The notes below the pieces were generated by a model, which had not been told where the DNA came from, made no database searches, and saw only the letters and a program-made list of their open reading frames with translations. Of a DNA stretch of 64,000 bases, positions 39,162 to 52,269 are shown one piece after another. This stretch comes from Eledone cirrhosa (lineage: Eukaryota). The stretch is from assembly GCA_964016885.1 (NCBI GenBank), contig OZ024741.1, forward strand, positions 235,352,001 to 235,416,000. Direction: 5' to 3'. Every line of letters begins with the position of its first letter. Position 1 is the stretch's first letter. The position numbers were made by a program, and so were the translations under genes.

Positions 39162-40058
39162 CAGGGTGCGGATGATATTTGTTCGCAATTTTCAACTGCT
39201 AATTTTATGCAAATTTTTTTTACTTCCGTCTTTTTTTTACTCTTGTCTTCATAAAAACAGTGACTATATTTCCATTATTTATTTTCAGAATAATTGATTA
39301 TGAATAATTTTGAACCTCAAAATTTGTGGAAGAGTCACAGAGTTCTTCTCAGAATCCGCGCCGGGAGGACAAATAAAACCAGAAGATCAACTCCCAGAAC
39401 AACAGGTGGCTCGCTGTCTCATCCAAAGACGCGCCCAGAGTCATGCAGACAAAGTTTCCAGCGACAACATTGGTCTTAGGTGTCGTCAGCAGTCAAGGTG
39501 ACGTCATGCCACCTCACTTCTTCCCTGAGGGCTTCAAGTTGAACACCGATGGCTACATCCGCGTTCTGAGCGAGGTAGTAAAGCCCTGGATCAACCAGGT
39601 AGCTGCAGGTAGGCCGTACGTGTGGCAGCAAGACTCAGCGCTCTGTCATACCAGCCGAAAGACCCAAGCCTGGCTGTCAGAGAACTTCGTCGACCACACT
39701 TCACCTGACATCTGGCCTCCCAGCTCGCCTGACTGCAACCCCCCCCCCCCCCCCCCAACTTCTTTGTGTGGGGCACAGTGGAACGAAACACCAACAGATC
39801 TAGCTGCAATACGGAAGACGATCTGAAGGCCAGCATCACAAGTGCCTTTAGAGGCCTAAGTCGGGGGACAGTGACGAAGGCCTGTAGGCGGTTCCGGGGC
39901 CGTCATCAAAGCCAGTGGCGGGTTTATCGAGTGAGATCGAAAGAACAAGTCACTAAGACTAACTGACCCAAGTTTGATAAATAAATCTTAAAAAATAAAA
40001 CTATTGTGTTATTTTTTCCTAGACAGTAATCTTGCGATCACATATCGTCCACACCCTG
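39162..40058 (+). mobile_element. Tc1/mariner DD37D (maT) transposon, internally deleted
   Basis: TA|CAGGGTGCGGATGATATTTGTTCGCAA...TTGCGATCACATATCGTCCACACCCTG|TA; transposase QQDSA.CH...WPPSSPDCNP spacing fits DD37D; a poly-C expansion breaks the frame. Confidence 0.92.
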
Positions 40059-40218
40059 TATATACATATATATATAATCCCTTCAATTTTTTATTATTTT
40101 CAATATTTTATTAGAAATAGTGTAATGAACAGGTTTGTAAAAAAATGATGATTGATTTTAAACCAGTGATATTTATGGTGAATTTATTGAGAAAAACTGC
40201 ATAAAATATACATATAGA

Positions 40219-40575
40219 GGAGGCACATGGCTTAGTGGTTAGAGCATTGGCCTTACAATCGAAAGGTTGTGAGTTCAATTCTCAGACCGGGTGATGTGTT
40301 GTTTCCTTGAGCAAGACACTTTATTTCACATTGCTCCAGTTCACTCAGCTGTAGAAATGAGAAGGCAAAGTGGTCATGGAGGTGCGACGGCAAAAAAAAA
40401 ATCACCCAGCCCACACTGTAAAGTGGACGTGTAGGCGCCACGGAAAAAAGCACCCAGCACTCACTGTAAATGAGGTTGATGTTAGGAAGGGCATCCAGCC
40501 GTAGAAATCAAGCCAGAATCAGTTCCCGTTCCACCCTTGCAAGCAGGGAACAGCGAACGTAAAATGAAATGATGA
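40219..40575 (+). mobile_element. SINE family A
   Basis: Full head, core and RTE-like tail. Confidence 0.9.
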
Positions 40576-40579
40576 TATA

Positions 40580-40738
40580 TATCATCATCATCTTACGTCC
40601 GCTTTTCCCTGCTTGCAAGGGTGGGATGGGTCTTATTCAGCATCTCTCCACTCGTCACGGTCCTTCGTCATCTCCACCGTGAGCTTCAATGATCTGAGGT
40701 CTGTTCTCACCACCTCCGCCCATGTTTTTCGTGGTCTA
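40580..40738 (-). mobile_element. RTE family 3, short 3' end
   Basis: Minus strand encodes RPRKTWAEVVRTDLRSLKL; matches 59833-59970; (ATC)n tail. Confidence 0.85.
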
Positions 40739-41221
40739 CATAAAAAGGTGCAGAGCACTAGAAGTTGATGGAAACCGAGGAGTGGGGAGACCCAAGATGA
40801 CCTGGGATGAGGTGATAAAAGCCGACCTTACCCAATTACACCTCTCAAAGGCAATGACACACGACCGTGACCTCTGGCGCCATGCAGTAATACAGAGTAC
40901 CCGACCTCCCATGTGTACAAGCTGAAGCATATAGACAATATGCCCCCACACCCTCCCACTGCAAGGTGGTCGTGGAGGTGCCACGGCAAAAAAGCACCCA
41001 GCCCACACTGTAAAGTGGACGTGTAGGCGCCACGAAAAAGCACCCAGCACTCACTGTAAATGAGGTTGGTGTTAGGAAGGGCATCCAGCTGTAGAAATCA
41101 AGCCAAATCAGTTCCTGTATGAGCAAGGCATGGTCAGCCGACCAGACACTGCCCACAACAGGACAACCCGTCTAACCCATGCTAGCGTGGAAGAACGGAC
41201 GTAAAACGGTGATGATGATGA
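40739..41221 (+). mobile_element. RTE family 2, 3' end
   Basis: IKRCRALEVDGNRGVGRPKMTW plus 3'UTR and (ATG)n tail. Confidence 0.92.
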
Positions 41222-41321
41222 TATATATACATATACATATATATATACATATATACATATATATGTAAATATATATATATATACATATATACATGCATAT
41301 ATATATATACATATATACATA

Positions 41322-41580
41322 TATAATCGAAGAAATTGATGAAAGAAAAGCAAGCCGTTAAAATATATTTATAAGAAGCTCTTATTATTTTAACGGCTTG
41401 CTTATCTCTCATCAATTTCTTCGATTATAATTGCTCTGCTTAAATTCGCACACTAAATATTAACACTTCTAATATTTAACCCTGTTTGCACAAGCATCGA
41501 GCACGAATGCACCTGCTTATGCCAATTAATTATCTGTATCGTCTCCTTCTATAACGCTTCGTCTCTCTATTCTCTCTCAC
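41322..41580 (+). mobile_element. Fold-back insert with PLE-like tail
   Basis: Inverted arms ~41322-41363 and ~41384-41429, then a unique tail containing CATCGAGCAC; flanked by (TA)n. Confidence 0.55.
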
Positions 41581-41781
41581 GATACTGTAACATTTTATTA
41601 TACATATATATATATATATATATATATTAATAAAAGGAATTCCAACTTTGTCCGATTTACTCATTTTATTTACAATCCTTTAAAATTTATAATGGTATTA
41701 TAATGAAATAGTATGATAGAATATTAAATGTTAAGTGTTAATTGAACAAGTACTTTCATGCTTTCGCAATCTTCAGGTTCA

Positions 41782-43324
41782 TAATGTTGGTGTAAAGGCT
41801 TACCACATCATAACTAAGTAGAAGTGAATTCGTTTCTGTGGTTTTGGGAAGATGGGACAGGAAGTCGATATCATCCCGGATGAAACTGGGATGATATCGG
41901 CTTCCTGTCCCATCTTCCCCAAAACACGGAAACGAATTCATTTCTACTTAGTTTTGATGTGGTAAGCCTTTACACCAACATTACACATGATTTAGGAATA
42001 AAGGCGGTTAAATACTGGGTGTAAAAACATAGAGAAGTGATTCACACCAGATTCACAGTGCCATTTATATTAGACGCAGTTAAACTTATTCTGGAAAACA
42101 ACACTTTCTTCTTCAATAGAAAGAATTACATCCAAATTAGAGGCACAGCGATGGGAACGAAGTTTGCTCCCATTTACGCAAACTCCGTAATGGGATACTT
42201 AGAACAACAACTCTACCAAGAAATAGAGGAAAAATATAGAACTGACTTTAGAAAGTACATTGAAAAATCTTGGAAGAGATACCTTGACGACTGTTTCATC
42301 ATCTGGACAGAATCTCTAGATACTCTGGATTAGTTCAATATCCTCCTGAATAGTCTACACCCATCTCTCCAATTCACAAAAGAGAAGAGTAGGACCAAAT
42401 TACCATTCCTAGATATAATGATAATCAAAAACGACACCACCATTACCACGGATATATATTATAAACACACAGACACCCATCAATATCTGAATTTTAAGTT
42501 GTGCCATCCACCTCATACAAAACGCAACATCCCATACTGCCTAGCCAGAAGAATTTGTACCATTGTAGAAGATACGAATACCAGGTACAAACGCCTAACA
42601 GAACTAAGAGAATTTTTGCTCAAACAAAAATACCCATCTCTACTTATAGAAAATGGCATACAGCCGGCTATAAAAATACCTATACAACAATTTAGGACAA
42701 CCCAAGGAAGAAGAAACCAAGAACTGGTCATACCATTTATAATGACACACAACCCATGTCACCAGAATATCTTCAACACTGCCAAAGCAAACCTACCGAT
42801 CATTGCTCAAAGTAATGAATTAAAAGGCTTAATCACAGATCGATCTTTGACTCTTAGTAAAAGACAGCCGAAAAATTTGAAGCAATTACTAACAAAGGCA
42901 AAGTTTGACCTTAACAACAAAGACCAATCATTCACTGTATCTAAATGCAATGATAGTCGATGCGGCACATGTCAATCCATACGCCGGTCAATATATGAAA
43001 ACAAAAACTGGAAAAATATTCCCAAATGCAAATATGAACTGCAAAAGCAGAAATCTAATTTACTGCATTAAATGCCCGAATTGTGAAGAACTATATGTCG
43101 GTCAAACTGGAAATGCACTATCGGAACGTGCACGGGTACACCGTCAGCAGATCAGAGACCCAAATGTCCGTCAGATAGCCCTAAGTAACCATCTAGCAAC
43201 ATGTGGTCAGGGAATATTTATAATATTCCCATTCTACAAATTACACAGCCCAAGTGAAATCAAGAGAAAAATCAAAGAAAAGAATTTTATTGATAAATTC
43301 AAAGCCAAGCTAAATGAACAATAA
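41782..43324 (+). mobile_element. Penelope-like element (Penelope/Poseidon-type) RT and GIY-YIG, disrupted, with 5' inversion
   Basis: FDVVSLYTNI, GTAMGTKFAP, RYLDD, DIYYKHTDTHQYL, NLIYCIKC..C..LYVGQTG; stops and frameshifts; 41782-41877 is inverted against 41888-41983. Confidence 0.93.
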
Positions 43325-43520
43325 TAATGCTTAGAGGTATTACTTCTACTATGACTATGACTACGACCATGTCGACTACGACCACTAACAACAACAACAA
43401 CAACAACAACAATAATAATAATAATAAAAGTGATGTTGATGTGATGATTACTAGAAAATGCTATTTTCATCATTTCTAAAAATAGCAAAACAATTGATGC
43501 TTTGAATAGGATCAATTAGT

Positions 43521-43794
43521 TGTGGTCTGTGGCGTAGAGTATTTCCAGGGTCTCAGCGGCGCAGAGGTCACATGGTCTTTTATTTCCGTTATACGATCTA
43601 GCCCTAGCTAGGATCTCCCAGTGTAACATATTGGGTGTGGTTGTCTTTTAGACTCCAGATATAAGCTGAAAGTGACGTCATATTCCTTCTTAGAGGGTAA
43701 CGAAAAGAATGGGGATGCATGTAAAGACGCTGCTTGAATCTATTGGCGGTTAACCCTATGTAGGCTATGGAAATACTCTACGCCACAGACCACA
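43521..43794. mobile_element. MITE-like element with perfect 26-bp TIRs
   Basis: TGTGGTCTGTGGCGTAGAGTATTTCC...GGAAATACTCTACGCCACAGACCACA; TSD not evident. Confidence 0.7.
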
Positions 43795-44811
43795 TCTTAA
43801 ACAAAAAATCTGAGGCAATTTCGGCTTGTAAACATAAATTGCACAAAACTTTCCTGTATTACAACCCCACATGATACCCTAACGGATAGTACGATCTATA
43901 CGCGGATATTTTACGTCTTGATGTGGTAGCTAAGTATATGTTATGTTTATACCATTACTTATTTGCATAGGTATGTATATATTACCTGTATGTTTTGTGA
44001 AGGTACGTATACTTTCTCGTACGTATATTTGATTGTATATGTTATGGCGTATATTTTTATATATTCTGGTACATATGCTTTTGGTTATGTGTATACGTGA
44101 GTTTTGCGTCTGTGTGAGTATGCGGGTTCGTACGTATGTAGGGTGTGTGTATATGTGTACTTTGTGTTTTGGTTGACGTACGTCTCAGAACATTTGTGTA
44201 TTTACATGTAGGTATGTGTGTGTGCTTGTTATGTACGTATTTATTTATTTATATACATTTATTTAATTATTTGTATACACGCACACACACACATATTTAT
44301 ATGTGCGTGTATTTGTATACCTATGGCGGGTGTTTTCGCGTATGCTTGTGTATCTATGTATTTGGATGCGTGTATGTATTAATTTCAATTACCTCTGTAT
44401 TTTATTTACTCTGAAGCGGAGAATCATTCGGTTTCCTAGTTAGAATTTCAGTCTACGACTTCAGTTATACCATTTACGTGGTTCTGTCTTTGCGTGTAAT
44501 TGTTTTTCACCGCTCCAATTAATGACGTATTATATTCGTTTTTTCCCGTTCTTTGCCAGGGAACGTTACCACGAACCAAAGTATCGTCTTCCTGTCTTCC
44601 TCCGGTTGCAACGTTATTTTAAATATCCACTTCTGCGTTTACAGATTGACTTTGTTAGTTTCAGAAGATCTCGTTAAGGGTGAAAGCAGCGATTCTTTGC
44701 TTAAACTTTAATCTGTTATTTTAATAAATATTTGCTCTTCTTATATATTTGATATATATTTATCCTTATCGAGCCCTCTTTGGATTTTAGTCTTCAAATT
44801 TAGTATTATTA

Positions 44812-44997
44812 CTGGATTGGCAGTATCAGTAGAGGGTCAGACGCCGTGCTTTGATGCATAGAGTTACGGCCCTTGCCATTCTGAGTTCAAATCTTGCCGA
44901 GGTTAACTTTGCCTTTCATCCTTACGGGGTCGATAAAGTAAAGTACCAGTAATGAACTGGGTAATTGCTGGCCTTGTACCAAAAGTAGAAACAATTA
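44812..44997 (+). mobile_element. SINE family B, young-looking
   Basis: TGGATTGGCAGTATC...GAGTTCAAATC...TTTGCCTTTCATCCTTACGGGGTCGATAAAG. Confidence 0.88.
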
Positions 44998-45054
44998 CTA
45001 TATATACATATATATATACATCATCATCATCATATAATCATCATCATTTTCATC

Positions 45055-45360
45055 ATTTCATTTTACCTCCGCTTTTTTCCCTGCTTGCAAGGGTGGGACG
45101 AGAACTGATTCTGGCTTGATTGCTGCAGCTGGATGCCCTTCCTAACACCAACCTCATTTACAGTTAGTGCTGGGTGCTTTTTTGCCGTGGCACCTCCACG
45201 ACCACTTTGCAGTGGAATCTCATTTCTACAGCTGAGTAAACTGGAGCAATGTGAAATAAAGTGTCTTGCTCAAGGAAACAACACATCACCCGGTCTGAGA
45301 ATTGAACTCACAACCTTTCGATTGCAAGGCCAATGCTCTAACCATAAGCCATGTGCCTCC
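45055..45360 (-). mobile_element. SINE family A
   Basis: Near-identical to 12313-12642 with an internal deletion. Confidence 0.9.
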
Positions 45361-45446
45361 ATTATAATACATATATATATACATACACATATATATATCA
45401 TCATCATCATATTATATATACATATATATATATATATATACATATA

Positions 45447-48400
45447 TCTATATTAATAAAGCTGACGGCCGTATGTATGTAACAAAATTTTCGCCAAGTG
45501 GCACCAAATTTGCACCATAGATGTAACTTTTTCCAAGTAAGAAAGTGAGGGTATTTTTGTCTACTAAATTTTGTTAAAAGATTTATTTTATTTTTTATTT
45601 TTTATTTTTTATTTTTTACTTAAATATTCACTTCCTTAAAATTTTCAAATGTCAACACTTCCGGTTAGCAATCGTTTAAATAAACATTCATATATTTTGC
45701 AGTTTATATATATCGTCTTTTTTTTTTTATGTATCATGGATTAAATTTCTGAGTATATTGTCAATCTCTATCTATATTAATAAAGCTGACTTCATTACTG
45801 GTACTTTATTATATATCTATATATCTAAAACAGAGAATGTCTGTCTGTCTAACTCCCTAAAACTCGAGAACCACCCAACTGATTCTTTTCAAACTTTACA
45901 CATGTAATACTGATGGTCCTGTGACGGTTTTGAGCAAATTTTCAATGCCCTAGGGACTGCATTAGGCGATTTAGCGCTCTCACTCAATAATTTTTAGTCT
46001 TTCTTTTTGATAGATACATAGATATAACGTTGCGTCCTTATAATATCTGTCTGTATGTCTGGCTGTCTGTATTACGACATTATGACGCTATATGTGTGCG
46101 TGTGTATATATATATATAGTGTGTAACGTTTTTCGAAATATTTACTTCTGCGTTCCCAGATTGATTGATAATATCTGTCTGTATGTCTGCCTGTCTGCAT
46201 TGACTTCGCTTCTAACCAACTTTTAATTAATGATATGTAGATATAATTATATATTCGTGTACATATTTTCAACAGTAATACTGTACTATATATTTTCAAC
46301 AGTAATACTGTACTGTACTATATATTTCCAACAGTAGTACTGTACTACATATTTTCAACAGTAATACTGTACTACATATTTTCAACAGTAATACTGTACT
46401 GTACTATATATTTCCAACAGTAATACTGTACTACATATTTTCAACAGTAATACTGTACTGTACTATATATTTCCAACAGTAGTACTGTACTACATATTTT
46501 CAACAGTAATACTGTACTGTACTATATATTTCCAACAGTAGTACTGTACTACATATTTTCAACAGTAATACTGTACTACATATTTTCAACAGTAATACTG
46601 TACTATATATTTCCAACAGTAATACTGTACTACATATTTTCAACAGTAATACTGTACTGTACTATATATTTCCAACAGTAGTACTGTACTACATATTTTC
46701 AACAGTAATACTGTACTGTACTATATATTTCCAACAGTAGTACTGTACTACATATTTTCAACAGTAATACTGTACTACATAATTTCAACAGTAATACTGT
46801 ACTGTACTATATATTTCCAACAGTAATACTGTACTACATATTTTCAACAGTAATACTGTACTGTACTATATATTTCCAACAGTAGTACTGTACTACATAT
46901 TTTCAACAGTAATACTGTACTGTACTATATATTTCCAACAGTAGTACTGTACTACATATTTTCAACAGTAATACTGTACTACATATTTTCAACAGTAATA
47001 CTGTACTGTACTATATATTTCCAACAGTAATACTGTACTACATATTTTCAACAGTAATACTGTACTGTACTATATATTTCCAACAGTAGTACTGTACTAC
47101 ATATTTTCAACAGTAATACTGTACTGTACTATATATTTCCAACAGTAGTACTGTACTACATATTTTCAACAGTAATACTGTACTGTACTATATATTTCCA
47201 ACAGTAGTACTGTACTACATATTTTCAACAGTAATACTGTACTGTACTATATATTTCCAACAGTAATACTGTACTACATATTTTCAACAGTAATACTGTA
47301 CTGTACTATATATTTCCAACAGTAGTACTGTACTACATATTTTCAACAGTAATACTGTACTGTACTATATATTTCCAACAGTAGTACTGTACTACATATT
47401 TTCAACAGTAATACTGTACTGTACTATATATTTCCAACAGTAGTACTGTACTACATATTTTCAACAGTAATACTGTACTGTACTATATATTTCCAACAGT
47501 AGTACTGTACTACATATTTTCAACAGTAATACTGTACTACATATTTTCAACAGTAATACTGTACTGTACTATATATTTCCAACAGTAATACTGTACTACA
47601 TATTTTCAACAGTAATACTGTACTGTACTATATATTTCCAACAGTAGTACTGTACTACATATTTTCAACAGTAATACTGTACTGTACTATATATTTCCAA
47701 CAGTAGTACTGTACTACATATTTTCAACAGTAATACTGTACTGTACTATATATTTCCAACAGTAGTACTGTACTACATATTTTCAACAGTAATACTGTAC
47801 TACATATTTTCAACAGTAATACTGTACTGTACTATATATTTCCAACAGTAATACTGTACTACATATTTTCAACAGTAATACTGTACTGTACTATATATTT
47901 CCAACAGTAGTACTGTACTACATATTTTCAACAGTAATACTGTACTGTACTATATATTTCCAACAGTAGTACTGTACTACATATTTTCAACAGTAATACT
48001 GTACTACATATTTTCAACAGTAATACTGTACTGTACTATATATTTCCAACAGTAATACTGTACTACATATTTTCAACAGTAATACTGTACTGTACTATAT
48101 ATTTCCAACAGTAGTACTGTACTACATATTTTCAACAGTAATACTGTACTACATATTTTCAACAGTAATACTGTACTGTACTATATATTTTCAACAGTAG
48201 TACTGTACTACATATTTTCAACAGTAATACTGTACTATATATTTTCAACAGTAATACTGTACTGTACTATATATTTTCAACAGTAATACTGTACTACATA
48301 TTTTCAACAGTAATACTGTATGTACTATATATTTTCAACAGTAATACTGTACTACATATTTTCAACAGTAATACTGTACTGTACTATATATTTTCAACAG

Positions 48401-49365
48401 TAATACTGTACTACATATTTTCAACAGTAATACTGTACTGTACTATATATTTTCAACAGTAATACTGTACTACATATTTTCAACAGTAATACTGTACTGT
48501 ACTATATATTTTCAACAGTAATACTGTACTACATATTTTCAACAGTAATACTGTACTGTACTATATATTTTCAACAGTAGTACTGTACTACATATTTTCA
48601 ACAGTAATACTGTACTATATATTTTCAACAGTAATACTGTACTATATATTTTCAACAGTAATACTGTACTATATATTTTCAACAGTAATACTGTACTGTA
48701 CTATATATTTTCAACAGTAATACTGTACTGTACTATATATTTTCAACAGTAATACTGTACTACATATTTTCAACAGTAATACTGTACTATATATTTTCAA
48801 CAGTAATACTGTACTGTACTATATATTTTCAACAGTAATACTGTACTACATATTTTCAACAGTAATACTGTACTATATATTTTCAACAGTAATACTGTAC
48901 TGTACTATATATTTTCAACAGTAATACTGTACTACATATTTTCAACAGTAATACTATACTACATATTTTCAACAGTAATACTATACTATATATTTTCAAC
49001 AGTAATACTGTACTACATATTTTCAACAGTAATACTATACTACATATTTTCAACAGTAATACTGTACTATATATTTTCAACAGTAATACTGTACTATATA
49101 TTTCCAACAGTAATACTATACTATATATTTTCAACAGTAATACTGTACTATATATTTCCAACAGTAATACTGTACTATATATTTTCAACAGTAATACTGT
49201 ACTATACTATATATTTTCAACAGTAATACTGTACTATATATTTTCAACAGTAATACTATACTATATATTTTCAACAGTAATACTGTACTATATATTTTCA
49301 ACAGTAATACTATACTACACAGAGGGTTTATCGTCTGTTTATCCAAGCGATGCTAGGTACGTCAG

Positions 49366-49399
<34 letters not shown>

Positions 49400-49454
49400 G
49401 GATGCCGTAGATCACGCCAATGGTAGCCGGGCGCCAGCCGGATGGTCTAGCTAG
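45447..49454 (+). mobile_element. Composite non-autonomous Helitron(s) enclosing a satellite
   Basis: A|TC starts at ~45447, ~45770 and ~45816; 45870-46075 matches the reverse complement of 63790-64000; hairpin plus CTAT at ~49343-49369 and CCGGGCGCCAGCCGG plus CTAG|T ending 49454. Confidence 0.72.
46260..49318. repeat. 21/26-bp minisatellite array, about 3 kb
   Basis: TATTTYCAACAGTARTACTG(TACTG)TACTAYA repeated; 21-bp and 26-bp units often alternate as a 47-bp dimer. Confidence 0.98.
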
Positions 49455-49482
49455 TATATACATATATATATATATATATATA

Positions 49483-50085
49483 TACGTGAACGACAAAGCA
49501 TAAATGAATTGAGAGAGAGACTGAGCATAAGAGGAATCAAATGCTGCGTGCAGGAGAGGCGGTTACGCTGGTATGGACATGTGATGCGTATGAAGGATGA
49601 CAGCTGCATAAAAAGGTGCAGAGCACTAGAAGTTGATGGAAACCGCGGAGTGGGGAGACCCAAGATGACTTGGGATGAGGTGATAAAAGCCGACCTTACC
49701 CAACTACACCTCTCAAAGTCAATGACACACGACCGTGACTTCTGGCGTCACGCAGTAATACAGGGTACCCGACCTCCCATGGGTACATGCTGAAGCATAT
49801 AAACAATATGCCCCCCCCCCCCCCACCGCAAGGTGGTCGTGGAGGTGCCACGGCAAAAAAGCACCCAGCCCACACTGTAAAGTGGACGTGTAGGCGCCAC
49901 GAAAAAGCACCCAGCACTCACTGTAAATGAGGTTGGTGTTAGGAAGGGCATCCAGCTGTAGAAATCAAGCCAGATCAGTTCCTGTATGAGCAAGGCATGG
50001 TCAGCCGACCAGACACTGCCCACAACAGGACAACCCGTCTAACCCATGCTAGCGTGGAAGAACGGACGTAAAACGGTGATGATGA
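49483..50085 (+). mobile_element. RTE family 2, 5'-truncated
   Basis: ORF 49509-49793 RLRWYGHVMRM; near-identical to the reverse complement of 36389-37000. Confidence 0.93.
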
Positions 50086-50654
50086 TACACACACATATAT
50101 ATACATATATATATGTATATATATATACACACACATATATATATATACATGTAAATACACATATATACATATAAATACACATATATACATATATATACAT
50201 ATATGTACACATACACACACACATATATACATATATGTACACACATATATATACATATATATATAGTAGAAAATGAGGGGAATTCCTTAGTACAGTAAAA
50301 TAAATTTGAAAAAAGGGGAAGAATGACTTCACTGGTGGTTGATGTTCTTTAATAATTCAAATCCTTAGAATAAGTTTTATAGATATTAGTTCTGGGTAAG
50401 TCCGTGTTAATTCTCTGAGGAACTTTCATGCACATGGTCTGTTGTGTTATGATGAAGATGTATACATATATATATATAGAGAGAGGGGGGAAAGAAGATA
50501 GAGGGTCTGGGAATATAGGAGCAGAGAAGTGTAAGAGCGCATGTACAGATGAAAGGGTGTAATAAAAATAAATAAAATTTTAAAGAATATAATTTTTGTC
50601 ATTTTCTTATGATTAGGGAAGTGGAGATGGAGTGAAAATGATATTGGGGTTTTG

Positions 50655-51260
50655 TTGTGATGGTCAGATAGAGATGACCTAAGTGACATTGATGATTAAA
50701 GTGATAAAGTTAAAAAAAGCAATAAAATATTGGTATTTTACAAATAAGGAAGTTTTCTTTATGATAGGAGAGGTTGATTAAGTGATGGTGACTTATTGCG
50801 ATGAATACAAGAGCAAAATAGTGTTAATGAGATAAGTGTATTAAATCTTATATTGTTGAAAAAACTGTGAACAGCTGGGTGGTGAGGGGATTAGGGGTTT
50901 AATTACAAATGGGAAGTGAAAATCATGAAAATTTTTGAGGGAGAGGTAAATATGTGAGAGTGTGTGTACAAATGGGAGGGGTACAAATCAAAACAGGGTA
51001 TGTCATTTTTTGATAGGCAGATAGAGATGACCTAAGTGACATTGGTGTCTATAAAGTTGAGAATGCAATAAGTTGTATTTTACAAATGTTTTATAATATA
51101 TAAATACACTTATCATTAACTTTCTTTTGATCTTGTATCGACCACAATAAGGATTAATCAACTTTTCCTATCATAAAAGATTTGTAATATACGCCAACAT
51201 CTTATTGCTTTCTCAACTTTATCACCAATGTCACTAAGGTCATCTCTATCTGACCATCAT
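50655..51260. repeat. Triplicated ~100-bp unit (two direct, one inverted)
   Basis: CAGATAGAGATGACCTAAGTGACATTG at ~50665 and ~51018; reverse complement at ~51226-51252. Confidence 0.8.
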
Positions 51261-51313
51261 GTTTTCATTTTCCTATCATCAACCACTTTTTTCAAATATA
51301 TATATATATATGA

Positions 51314-51740
51314 AATGAAGAATAAGGCAATATTCTGGAATCTTACATCATTTTAGTAATTATATCATTGCTGTTATACGTATTTCGATGGTATCAATTA
51401 TGCAATAGATATAATCTCATCAAACAGCTATTATGTAATTTTTTATACTGCAATATGCCCAAGGCAAGTATTTTGATGTTGTCTTTCTATGCCCAGTTGA
51501 TACCATTGAAAAACATATGACAGCAATGATGTAATTAATAAAAACGATGTAAGATTCCTGCACAATGTCTCATTCTTCATTATTATACAAAAACTCTGTC
51601 AGAGATAAACCTATGTAGTTACATCACATTCTGGAAAATATACTACATCGAGTGCTAAAACATGTGTACATAAAATTGATCAATACATACAACTGAGAAA
51701 CAATTACGAATTGACGAACATCAACGGGCTAAACATAAAT
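51314..51740 (+). mobile_element. Old PLE-type fold-back insert
   Basis: Diverged inverted arms ~51314-51410 and ~51486-51581; tail has ACTCTGTC and CATCGAGTGCT as at 22188-22242. Confidence 0.6.
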
Positions 51741-51748
51741 ATATATAT

Positions 51749-52046
51749 ATCATCATCATTTGATGTCTATCTTCTATGCTAGCATGGGTTAGACGGGATT
51801 GTCCTACTCAAGGCAAGCTGGCTCGGTTGACCGTGCCACATTCGTTTAGGACTGTTTCTGGCTGGTTTTCTACAGCTGGATGCCCTTCCTAATGCCAACC
51901 ACATTTACAATGTGTGATGGGTGCTTTTTACCATGTCTCCTACACAACCACTTTGCAGTGTGGACTGGGTACTTTTTGTCATGATACCTACACGACCACT
52001 TTACAGTGTGGGCTGAATGATTTGTGGTAGCAACATAACTTTACAG
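51749..52046 (-). mobile_element. RTE 3'UTR-only fragment
   Basis: (ATC)n, ATGCTAGCATGGGTTAGACGG, CTACAGCTGGATGCCCTTCCTAA. Confidence 0.8.
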
Positions 52047-52049
52047 AGA

Positions 52050-52084
<35 letters not shown>

Positions 52085-52269
52085 AAAAGTCAAGATAAAA
52101 AAAGGACAAAAATACAATACAAATTGTTTAATACTTGATATAGTAGAATAGAATGAGAAATAGAAGAAATAGAAAGATAGACAAAAGTAAGAAAAGAAAG
52201 AAATGGAAGAAAGAATTGAATTTTCTCAGAAGAAAAACACATGTAGTTAGCCATTTCTCCCTCAGTTCA

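Noticed and set aside
46260-49318. CRISPR array or ORF 48883-49188
   Set aside because: Pure tandem repeat; the ORF is its translation.
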